From: Anaerolineae bacterium
Lineage (GTDB): Bacteria; Chloroflexota; Anaerolineae; B4-G1; SLSP01
Assembly (NCBI GenBank): GCA_016926915.1
Contig: JAFGNR010000228.1
Location: forward strand, 1-40,347
Length of the DNA stretch: 40,347 bases
Direction: 5' to 3'
This document shows, in pieces, positions 26,316-33,664 of the stretch. Positions within the stretch are counted from its first letter, which is position 1. Every line of letters begins with the position of its first letter. Under the pieces are notes generated by a model that searched no databases, was not told the origin of the DNA, and saw only the letters and a program-made list of their open reading frames with translations. Both the position numbers and the translations under genes were made by a program.

Positions 26316-27133
26316 TGGGCATTCCTTTCCATGTTCTCTATAAAGACGAGGATTTCATCTATGGACCCCTCCTTTAAGTACCAGTCCTGGAGTTTTTCCA
26401 GTTTTTCGACGCGGGGCTTAGCGGCCTGCCACGCGTCCCGCAGGAAAAGCAGATCCGGTACTTGCCAATAAAAGTCTTGAACTTCAAATAAGCCCCTCTC
26501 CCAGAGAGGAGGTGTCGTGAGAAACGGATTGGGGTCGATCTCGGTCAGCGACAGGAAAACCGTCGCCAGACCGTTGAGGGGTTCCGGTAAGTCATCCAGG
26601 GTTTCAAGAGCACGCAATGGATCCTCTGCCCATACCATATCTGGGCAGCGGTGACCGTGATACTCCCACCATTCTACCGCGATATTGGCTACAGCGGGGT
26701 CAAGTTCGCGATGCTGTGTCGCCAATACGAGTAATGGCATAGCGTAGTCTGGGATCTCGATCAGTTCCTCTAGAGAAATCCCCCATCCCACAAAAGGAAT
26801 AGGGGCCGTGAATATCTCTACTAGCGTCATTTGTTGTCCCGCCCAATACATTTCCTCTAAATAACTCATATCTAGAGGAAACAGATCGGATGCAACACAA
26901 CCGATGATCTCAGTGATCGCGTCGATTGGATCCTTGGTAAGATGCAGATCGGTATTTGGGAACAGTGTCTGTGATATCACGCCGAAGGATCCAATGAGAT
27001 GAAACCATGAAAGCAGCTCCTGGATGCTGCGATATGTTGGTATTTGGCGGGCCGCTAAGCCACGCGCAACATCCATGGTGGTTAGAACCCGGGTATTGCG
27101 TTCTGCGTGGGTGTTGGATGTAGTTGCTGGCAT
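26312..27133 (-). CDS. Uncharacterised acidic protein in the position of PRTRC protein F
   Basis: GGAG RBS before ATG 27133 (alternative 27076); between Ubl and E2. Confidence 0.65.
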   Translation of the reverse strand: MPATTSNTHAERNTRVLTTMDVARGLAARQIPTYRSIQELLSWFHLIGSFGVISQTLFPNTDLHLTKDPIDAITEIIGCVASDLFPLDMSYLEEMYWAGQQMTLVEIFTAPIPFVGWGISLEELIEIPDYAMPLLVLATQHRELDPAVANIAVEWWEYHGHRCPDMVWAEDPLRALETLDDLPEPLNGLATVFLSLTEIDPNPFLTTPPLWERGLFEVQDFYWQVPDLLFLRDAWQAAKPRVEKLEKLQDWYLKEGSIDEILVFIENMERNAQ

Positions 27134-27522
27134 TTCTCCACCAGTCTTTCTGTGTTTATCACTAACAAGTCTAAGTGCTGAAGCGCTTCTGCTATTTCCT
27201 GTTGGCGATTGACAATTTCTTCTGCAGAGGCGTTTTCCAGTTCCAGCAGGAGCGAAATCCCCGGTACCTCTAGAGGAGGGATATTTTGCAAGCAGACGAT
27301 TAGTGCTGCGCAGAGTGTTGGGCGTATCGACTGACAATAGCCTTTACGTCCTGCTCGCTTTACGAACGACACCTGGGTGATGCCATCATCACCAACGGTT
27401 TCTTCAATACGTGCCTCGGCGACCTCTGGGAAGTACGCTGCCAACTGGCGGCGTACTTCCTCTGGCGTGAACTGGTCTTCACTGTCTAAAAACTCGTAGT
27501 CCCCGTACTTATACCTCTTCAT
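27082..27522 (-). CDS. Prokaryotic ubiquitin-like protein (PRTRC protein C-like) with a C-terminal extension
   Basis: RYKY...F.D....TPEEVR..LA.YFPEVA.A...F.KRAGRKG followed by 85 further residues. Confidence 0.85.
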   Translation of the reverse strand: MKRYKYGDYEFLDSEDQFTPEEVRRQLAAYFPEVAEARIEETVGDDGITQVSFVKRAGRKGYCQSIRPTLCAALIVCLQNIPPLEVPGISLLLELENASAEEIVNRQQEIAEALQHLDLLVINTERLVEKCQQLHPTPTQNAIPGF

Positions 27523-28981
27523 TTTTCCTGCCTCCTTTTAACCCCAGATAGCTGTGCAGTAGGTCTGAGATAATACTCTGAACGTGTTCCAAATCACTAA
27601 AAAAACGCATGTCGGAGGGACCTTGTCCATCGCGTCCGATGGATGCGATGACATGCCAGTCTGGGTCTTGGCCACCGTTGGGCTCTTTGATGCGGACCAC
27701 CAACACGATATCTGGATCCGGAGTTGTCGAGACGACCGTTGTGATCGGCGCCGGGATGACAAGTGGCGAGTTTGTGGCTGCCGGCTCCGGGATGACGGGT
27801 GGCGAGTTTGTGACTGCCGGCTCCGGGATGGCAGGTGGCGAGTTTGTGACTGCCGGCTCCGGGATGGCAGGCATAATGGTTGTGGTCACGGTATGCGGCG
27901 ATTCAGGTTCCGAGTTCTCAATGCTGTCTAGAGATACGCCGGCACGCCGCCAGCATTCGGGGCAGGCATACCAAGGGGTCACGTACCGCGTCTGGTCGCG
28001 GCGCCAGATGCCAGGTACCACGCTAGGCCGTCTCTTGCAGTAGTTACACCTGTCCCAAGTGCTAGGTTCGGACTGCCCCCAGTCTTGCGGGTTAAACCCC
28101 ACTGCTAGGCGCTCGGGTCCGTCACGTTCAATTAGCCACTGCGCTTTTTTGGCGTTCTGGCAGGCAGGCTTTACGCAACGAGACTGCTTGAGCACAATCA
28201 CGTTGTGCTTACAGCCAAGGCACGCGGGCAGATCGTTCTCCGGGACCCAGTCAAGTGGGAAAGGTACGTCTTTTAGTGCGCGAGTGTACACATTCACATA
28301 CTGCTTGACGGCATCGGCGAGGTCGCGTGTCGAGCGCACCTCGCCGACATCATAAACTAGATCAAGCATGCTCTCTAATGAGGCGATGCCCACTAGAGAC
28401 GCAAGCGTGCGCCCATGCTTGGCCGTGATCGTACCATTTGCAACTAGATCCTGAATCTTCTGGGGAAGCGTGAGGAGCCGCAAAAGATTGGAGATAGTTC
28501 CCTGGGTGACGCCCCACTCGCGGGCAATTTCCTTTTGTCCTAAATCCAGATTTTTCAGTGCAATTTCGATCATGTGTGCTTTCTCGATGTCATTGACCTC
28601 TTGGCGGTCTTCATTTTCCCGCCAGGCGATCGCTGCCATCTGGAAAGCCGTGAGTTCCTGGATGTCAACCGGCATGCAAGCATATTCCGGCTGACTCTGC
28701 GCCAGATTGTGAAAAGCTCGTAGCCTGCGATGACCGAAGGCGAGCTGGACGTGTATGTTAGGTCGCTGCAAGGCATCAGCTACGCCGATGATTGTGGCGT
28801 TGAACGGCTGAGAGCCGTTTACCAGACGTCCAATGGGCACCTGAAGCAGACCCAGCGTTTCCTCGCGGGCGGGACGCAGCTCCACAATGCTCTGCATGAG
28901 GTCGTCTACCTGGTAGTCGGCAGCCGCACGGCCCTGATACGGATTGTCTTTTATCTTTTCTAGCGGAACTTTGTAGATCAT
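27509..28981 (-). CDS. parB: ParB/Noc-family CTPase with HTH, two Cys clusters and a Pro-rich linker
   Basis: NPYQGR, GLLQ.P, AFGHRRLRA (GxRR), EN..R...N.IEKA, HTH QKEIAREWGVTQGTISNLLRLL. Confidence 0.9.
   Translation of the reverse strand: MIYKVPLEKIKDNPYQGRAAADYQVDDLMQSIVELRPAREETLGLLQVPIGRLVNGSQPFNATIIGVADALQRPNIHVQLAFGHRRLRAFHNLAQSQPEYACMPVDIQELTAFQMAAIAWRENEDRQEVNDIEKAHMIEIALKNLDLGQKEIAREWGVTQGTISNLLRLLTLPQKIQDLVANGTITAKHGRTLASLVGIASLESMLDLVYDVGEVRSTRDLADAVKQYVNVYTRALKDVPFPLDWVPENDLPACLGCKHNVIVLKQSRCVKPACQNAKKAQWLIERDGPERLAVGFNPQDWGQSEPSTWDRCNYCKRRPSVVPGIWRRDQTRYVTPWYACPECWRRAGVSLDSIENSEPESPHTVTTTIMPAIPEPAVTNSPPAIPEPAVTNSPPVIPEPAATNSPLVIPAPITTVVSTTPDPDIVLVVRIKEPNGGQDPDWHVIASIGRDGQGPSDMRFFSDLEHVQSIISDLLHSYLGLKGGRKNEEV
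27751..27882 (-). repeat. 36-bp tandem repeat (about 3.5 copies) encoding PAIPEPAVTNSP
   Basis: Unit GGTGGCGAGTTTGTGACTGCCGGCTCCGGGATGGCA on the + strand; no spacers. Confidence 0.85.
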
Positions 28982-29004
28982 GGCTCTCCTTTGTTATCCC
29001 TCTC

Positions 29005-29039
29005 GCCTGCAGGCCGGTGCCCGATGCCGGCCTGCAGGC
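29005..29039. repeat. Perfect 13-bp inverted repeat upstream of parB
   Basis: GCCTGCAGGCCGG-N9-CCGGCCTGCAGGC. Confidence 0.75.
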
Positions 29040-29082
29040 CACACGAGGAGGTTTTTCGCGTCACGTTCCTCGTAGGAGCGTG

Positions 29083-29670
29083 CTAATGCTGCCGTGTTTT
29101 CTGGCCACCCGGAAGCGCGATCCTACCATCAGTGAAATGTGGCACCTGGTATTGCCAAATGTGGTCGGGTAGAGCTTCTTCATGGAGTGTAAATCTGCGC
29201 TCGCCAATCTCGTGTTGGTCTACATCAATGCGGCGCGGGATCCTCGGGCCATTCCCCGGTGAGGTTCGTACCGCGTTGTAAATCAACGCTGGTAGATCTG
29301 AAAGAGCACACGAGAAACCTGAGTTGAGTTTTCCAGCCATCGAGATATGGAGATGCGCCACACGACGCACTATCATCAGATCTAGGTTTACCAGGCGGCG
29401 CATCACCCAGGTGACGCAGCCGCTCTGGCCGATAAAGCGGTCAACCACGTAGGGGCCTTTTTCAAACCGTGCCTTAACGGCCTGTCGGTTGGACTCAGCT
29501 AGGAGATCGGGGACGTTGGTGAGTAGAGACATGAGCAGTGGAGCGGCAAGCGGGTTACCCTGGACACGGAATATCTTCAGATGATCCCGGGTGACCCGTA
29601 GGCCAACGCGACCATAATAGTTTCCCGATGGCACTGCATATGACCAGGTGAAATGTTTCAAGATGTCCAT
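29083..29670 (-). CDS. Hypothetical protein
   Basis: GGGAGAG RBS; 195 aa, co-oriented with the early operon. Confidence 0.65.
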   Translation of the reverse strand: MDILKHFTWSYAVPSGNYYGRVGLRVTRDHLKIFRVQGNPLAAPLLMSLLTNVPDLLAESNRQAVKARFEKGPYVVDRFIGQSGCVTWVMRRLVNLDLMIVRRVAHLHISMAGKLNSGFSCALSDLPALIYNAVRTSPGNGPRIPRRIDVDQHEIGERRFTLHEEALPDHIWQYQVPHFTDGRIALPGGQKTRQH

Positions 29671-29743
29671 GTCTTCTCTCCATTCTTGTTTGACGGTATT
29701 TCCGGATGTATGAGATGCGGCAGGCGCCTAAAGATGGCTTCCA

Positions 29744-30124
29744 TCATCGGCTCACTTTCCTGATGCTGGCCGAAGGTTTCCCTTCTTTGCGGAAAACGAG
29801 AATTTCTGGATGATTAAGCGCATACCCTGTTAGAGCCTTGTCGTTCCACGATACGCGTGGTTTGGTGTAAATGATTGTGAACATCTGACCGCGCAGACTC
29901 TGCGTGGTGGCGACTACAGATTGCTTCAATTCCTGCTCCAACTCCTGACGCTTTTCATCCAGAGCAGCTATCGCGTCCTCATACTCGGATTCCGCTGCGG
30001 ACAAGGCGTCGGCTACGGGTCTGAGAATCTCGTTGCGCCGGGCGCGGTACTCTAGGTTGAGCAAATCGATTTGGCTTACGAGTTCTTCATATACGGCCAT
30101 AAGTATCTGAGGGTCAATCATCAT
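29744..30124 (-). CDS. Gam/Gp157-like coiled-coil protein
   Basis: GGAGGT RBS; coiled coil followed by RVSWNDKALTGYALNHPEILVFRKEGKPSASIR. Confidence 0.55.
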   Translation of the reverse strand: MMIDPQILMAVYEELVSQIDLLNLEYRARRNEILRPVADALSAAESEYEDAIAALDEKRQELEQELKQSVVATTQSLRGQMFTIIYTKPRVSWNDKALTGYALNHPEILVFRKEGKPSASIRKVSR

Positions 30125-30130
30125 ACCTCC

Positions 30131-31105
30131 CTATAGTCTGAGACTCATCATTAGGGCCGAGAGAGCTGCGTTCCAGTCTCCGTCAGATTTTGCCGTCTCG
30201 ACCACTGCCATCACATCGAATGTGTGGGCAATCTTGCCCTGCGCCTTGAGTTCGTGGTATCTCTTCCAGAAATCTGTAGAAGAGATCGCAGCAGAGGAAC
30301 GCGGGGCGTCCTCGCGGGGAAAGTAGTCGTCTAGAGGTGACGGCGTCAGGGTATTAAAAATGCGACGCGCTTCGCGCTCGGCCAGCGATTCGGCAATCCA
30401 CGCGTTACCGTCATCCTGGTATGGCTTCAGCCATCGTAGCAACGCGTGAATCTGCCCAGCGGTCATAGACGTTAGCGATCTGTGACCGGTCAGATATTCC
30501 TGGACCGCGTGCCGGCGCTCGGCGGCATCGGCTTCACCGGCGAAGGCTTGATCCAGAACCATGGCGATCCGAGACAGGCTTTGTGGGTTGATGCTTTTCG
30601 ACCCTTTATAATCTTCGGCATATTTCATGATTTTCTGCCGCACTGTACTGGGATCATACGGTCGGGTCACGGGCGCTTGCTGAGCCTGGGTAGGTGGCGG
30701 CGGCGCTTGCTGAGTCTGAGTGGTTGACGGCGGCGCGGGCGGAGTCTTTCCAAGACGCTGCAGCAGTTTCTCTGGTAGCGGTTCTACCGGCTCATCCTCT
30801 CCGAACGTGATGAGGCGGAGATATTTCACTTCACCGTCATCACCGCGACCGCTAGAACGGCTGTACCAAATGTCGTTTCCAAATTTGGGATGCGAGCGAC
30901 GCTTCCACTCACACCCCAACGCCACCACGATCGTGGGGCCGTACGCATCACTTGCCACCACCTGGGCGCCGATCTTTCCCCAATCAAATGTGGCGTACTC
31001 ATCGATGTTCCGTCTCAGACTCGGACCCGCCTCTCGGTCGCCTTGAAGTACATGCAGTATTCCCTCAAGCGCCATTACGGCGCGTTCCAGCAGTTGATCG
31101 TTCAT
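30131..31105 (-). CDS. DdrB-like single-stranded DNA binding/annealing protein with extra C-terminal domains
   Basis: FDWGKIGA...WKRRS...IWYSR...GEVKYLRLITF resembles Deinococcus DdrB FDWSLIGA...YRRR...IKYSR...GDIEYVSLAIF (recalled from memory). Confidence 0.7.
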   Translation of the reverse strand: MNDQLLERAVMALEGILHVLQGDREAGPSLRRNIDEYATFDWGKIGAQVVASDAYGPTIVVALGCEWKRRSHPKFGNDIWYSRSSGRGDDGEVKYLRLITFGEDEPVEPLPEKLLQRLGKTPPAPPSTTQTQQAPPPPTQAQQAPVTRPYDPSTVRQKIMKYAEDYKGSKSINPQSLSRIAMVLDQAFAGEADAAERRHAVQEYLTGHRSLTSMTAGQIHALLRWLKPYQDDGNAWIAESLAEREARRIFNTLTPSPLDDYFPREDAPRSSAAISSTDFWKRYHELKAQGKIAHTFDVMAVVETAKSDGDWNAALSALMMSLRL

Positions 31106-31347
31106 ATTCTTCTCCTGATTACTCGACGCCGATTGTGCCGGCGCACCGGTCTACGACGCTTCTGGACCTTGATAATCTCCATAAGAGCGTTGATCGTCGC
31201 CCTTAGTTCTGCGATTTGCTGTGTGCTATGTGTGCTAGTCATACTGCTCTTGAGATCTGGTGTGTTTTTTTGGGGGGAGTGGATGTCGGCGCAGAGTAAC
31301 GCCAGATTCTTCTCAAGGAGCCAGTCGACGACGTCGTTTTCGTCCAT
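31102..31347 (-). CDS. Small hypothetical protein with an Arg-rich tail
   Basis: TGATG coupling to the upstream gene. Confidence 0.55.
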   Translation of the reverse strand: MDENDVVDWLLEKNLALLCADIHSPQKNTPDLKSSMTSTHSTQQIAELRATINALMEIIKVQKRRRPVRRHNRRRVIRRRI

Positions 31348-31787
31348 CAGGGCACCAGCGCCAGGTTGGCGTTCTCTATGTCCTGATATTCCCATCCGTC
31401 CAAGGCCCATGGAGGTAAGATCCTCTGTGTGTACCAAAGGTTCTTCGCCTCTTCTCGCATTTCCTTGATCTTGCGTGGGCTTCTCACGGGGATCGGTTGG
31501 CCAATCCAGGAACGCACAAGATTTTTCCAGACGCGCACTGTCCAGCCGCGATCAACCAGCCATTTTTTGATATTTTCGATGTTCAGATCCTCCTTTACTT
31601 GATCTACAACACAGCGCTGTTCGTAGGTGGAGAGAAACTCTTCGGTGTACATCCGCATCCGCCATTTATTCGTCCACGGGTTCAACACAAAGTCAATCCG
31701 GGCAATTGAATATCCGTTTCTCTCCAGGGGCTTTCCCTGGGGTTTCGGATACTCCGGATTGACCACCTGAGCTGGTTGTAAAGGCAT
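31347..31787 (-). CDS. Hypothetical protein
   Basis: AAGGAG RBS; operonic. Confidence 0.65.
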   Translation of the reverse strand: MPLQPAQVVNPEYPKPQGKPLERNGYSIARIDFVLNPWTNKWRMRMYTEEFLSTYEQRCVVDQVKEDLNIENIKKWLVDRGWTVRVWKNLVRSWIGQPIPVRSPRKIKEMREEAKNLWYTQRILPPWALDGWEYQDIENANLALVP

Positions 31788-31790
31788 CGT

Positions 31791-32054
31791 TCACTCCTTC
31801 AAAGTCTTGACTACGCGGCACATGACATTTTTGCCGCACATCCATAGGTAATAGTCGTAAACTTCATCTGTGACCGAGTCCAGGTTTTCTAGTGTCACTT
31901 GGTCCAGGGAGACGTCCTCGACCAAGCGGTAAAACGTGGGACCATCAGCGCCGTCGACCCGCACCACTGGATAGGGTGAGCGACGGCGGGTCTGCTGTGT
32001 TCTTATCAGGAAATGCTTCGATATCAAAGTTTTGACGTCCTCAGCGGTCCACAT
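31791..32054 (-). CDS. Hypothetical protein
   Basis: GGGGAGG RBS; TAATG coupling. Confidence 0.6.
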   Translation of the reverse strand: MWTAEDVKTLISKHFLIRTQQTRRRSPYPVVRVDGADGPTFYRLVEDVSLDQVTLENLDSVTDEVYDYYLWMCGKNVMCRVVKTLKE

Positions 32055-32263
32055 TAGAAAACCTCCCCGGTTTGGATCTCTGGCGCAACGACAGTTTGGA
32101 AGCAGAAAGTTTCTCTGATGGGCCAATCACCGGTATGGTCTTCGATGATTGAGATTTGGGGCGGACCCAACGGCGACCAACCCTCGGCGAGAGCATCGTT
32201 GACCTGGTCCACAAGTTCGCCAACCGAAGAAGCCGTTAGAATTTTATAACGCAGTCTGTTCAT
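32054..32263 (-). CDS. DUF1737-like protein; first gene of the early operon
   Basis: AAAGGAG RBS; YKIL......L..QVN.AL.EGW.PLG.P motif. Confidence 0.75.
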   Translation of the reverse strand: MNRLRYKILTASSVGELVDQVNDALAEGWSPLGPPQISIIEDHTGDWPIRETFCFQTVVAPEIQTGEVF

Positions 32264-32276
32264 GGAATCTCCTTTC

Positions 32277-32290
32277 ATTTCCCGGGAAAT
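32277..32290. promoter_or_regulatory. NBS-like palindrome copy 3 (ATTTCCCGGGAAAT)
   Basis: Perfect 14-bp palindrome next to the RBS of the first early gene. Confidence 0.7.
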
Positions 32291-32297
32291 TGATACT

Positions 32298-32329
32298 AAA
32301 AATCCCCCGCCGGTATTGACGGGGGATTT
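32298..32329 (-). terminator. Leader terminator/attenuator of the early operon
   Basis: On the - strand CCCCCGTC-AATACC-GGCGGGGG-ATTTTT; the G-U pair works only on this strand. Confidence 0.6.
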
Positions 32330-32344
32330 GCTTTCTGTTATGAT
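32316..32344 (+). promoter_or_regulatory. Sigma70 promoter for a short antisense RNA
   Basis: TTGACG-17 bp-TATGAT with extended TG. Confidence 0.7.
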
Positions 32345-32350
32345 GAAGGC

Positions 32351-32423
32351 ATCCCTGGGCCGCCTGTTCCGGCTTGGGGTAGGCCTCACTCTACGTTTGC
32401 GGCGTGAGTGGGGCCGTTTTTTT
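32351..32423 (+). ncRNA. Candidate ~73-nt sRNA antisense to the early leader
   Basis: Consensus promoter, a 5' hairpin, then terminator GGCCTCACTC/GAGTGGGGCC plus T7; no ORF. Confidence 0.6.
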
Positions 32424-32432
32424 CTGTTAGTC

Positions 32433-32487
32433 ATTGACGCTTGTAAAGTACAATCTAATCTTATCACAGTTATTTACACTTGTCAAT
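32433..32487. promoter_or_regulatory. Overlapping opposed promoters with inverted operator-like repeats
   Basis: Leftward TTGACA(32481-86)-17-TAAGAT(32458-63); rightward TTGACG(32434-39)-16-TAATCT; ATTGACnnnTGTAAA in inverted orientation. Confidence 0.65.
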
Positions 32488-32575
32488 AGCTAAATTGGGC
32501 ACTCGTAACTTGTCATATTGTTAGTTGGCGATATGTAGATTGCGGCGTATCTACAACTACACAGGAGAGTGCATC

Positions 32576-33583
32576 ATGAAACCCCTACATCTACGTCTGT
32601 CGCAAGCTATCACGGGCTTCTTGCTGGAAAAGGAAGCCGCTGGCAAGAGCCCTCACACACTGAGAAACTACCGGGGCACTTTTGCTAAGGTAGAGGCGTT
32701 TCTGGTGGCACGTGGGTATGGTGACCCGCTGCTGCAGGAAATCAGCCGCGAGATCTGGGTGGAGTTTCTGGCTTGGCTGCAAGAGCAGCCCTTGGGAGGC
32801 GCAGCTGCGCGTTCTGGGCGACTCAGCGCCAAAACGGTGTGTAACGTGCACACCGATTTGAGCGCTCTGTATACTTGGGCCACCCGGCTCGGATATACTG
32901 AGGAGCATCATCTCAAGAGCATCGAGCGTCCGGAATATGATCGTCCAGCCATCGAAACCTTCACGCGTGAGGAGGTGACCGCTTTACTACGGGCCTGCGA
33001 CTACGTTCAGCAGGCGGTGGGGAGTGGCGATGGGCGGCATACAGTACGCCGGCGGCGTCCCACGGCAATCCGCGATCGGGCTATCATCAAATTGTTACTA
33101 AGCTCTGGGATTCGAGCCTCGGAGCTTTGTTCTGCGCGACTCACTGACCTCGATCTCAAACGGCGACAATTGCGCGTCGCCGGGAAAGGAAAGGGACGTG
33201 ATTCCAAGGTACGCCTAGTCTTCTTTGGAACGCGTACCCAGCGTGCCCTATGGCGTTATCTAACAGAATTTTCAGAGGAACGCCCTGAGACCGCACGGGT
33301 GTTTGTAGTCGATTTTGAGAATCCCCGACCCATGAACCGCGGCGTATTGCGGAAGATGTTGTTGCGAACTGGACAACGCGCTGGCCTCAGCGGTGTGCAT
33401 CCCCATCGCTTTCGACACACGTTTGCAGTAAACTATTTGAGGAACGGAGGGGATGTACTCACGTTGCAGGCAATTCTGGGACATACCGATTTGCGCATGG
33501 TTAAACACTATGCGCATGTCGCCGCACAAGACTGTGAAGCAGTTCACCAGCGTGCCGATCCGGTGGATACTTGGGGGCTGTAG
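32576..33583 (+). CDS. int: Tyrosine recombinase/integrase
   Basis: AGGAG RBS; SAM-like N-terminus (SPHTLRNY); GIRASEL, GKG..K, HPHRFRHTFA, LGH and catalytic Y (KHYAH). Confidence 0.95.
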   Translation: MKPLHLRLSQAITGFLLEKEAAGKSPHTLRNYRGTFAKVEAFLVARGYGDPLLQEISREIWVEFLAWLQEQPLGGAAARSGRLSAKTVCNVHTDLSALYTWATRLGYTEEHHLKSIERPEYDRPAIETFTREEVTALLRACDYVQQAVGSGDGRHTVRRRRPTAIRDRAIIKLLLSSGIRASELCSARLTDLDLKRRQLRVAGKGKGRDSKVRLVFFGTRTQRALWRYLTEFSEERPETARVFVVDFENPRPMNRGVLRKMLLRTGQRAGLSGVHPHRFRHTFAVNYLRNGGDVLTLQAILGHTDLRMVKHYAHVAAQDCEAVHQRADPVDTWGL

Positions 33584-33586
33584 TCT

Positions 33587-33645
33587 GCACGGATGCTATC
33601 TGAAGGGGGCCGCACGGATGCTAAAAAAGGCGCTACCGTGCGGCC
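33587..33645. repeat. att-arm repeats GCACGGATGCTA x2 plus an inverted partial copy
   Basis: 33587-33598 and 33612-33623; GGCCGCACGG (33608-17) / CCGTGCGGCC (33636-45). Confidence 0.7.
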
Positions 33646-33664
33646 TTTAGATTGTGGAGTGGTA

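Noticed and set aside
27134-27337. Long N-terminal extension of ORF 26312..27337
   Set aside because: Overlaps the Ubl gene extensively; an RBS-supported ATG exists at 27133
24246-27522. Bil/CBASS-type antiphage system, or ThiF-ThiS/MoeB-MoaD cofactor biosynthesis
   Set aside because: No cyclase, effector, or thiamine/molybdopterin genes; the E2-D, Ubl and ParB composition matches the PRTRC type
27751-27882. 36-bp repeats as a CRISPR array
   Set aside because: Head-to-tail with no spacers, in frame inside parB, and no cas genes
27509-28981. True nucleoid-occlusion Noc or a ParABS partition system
   Set aside because: No N-terminal amphipathic helix and no ParA in the window
32264-32467. 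Arg-rich N-terminal extension of the DUF1737 ORF as a lambda N-like antiterminator
   Set aside because: No RBS at the upstream starts, a strong RBS at 32263, and the Arg codons arise from the GC-rich hairpins; not fully excluded
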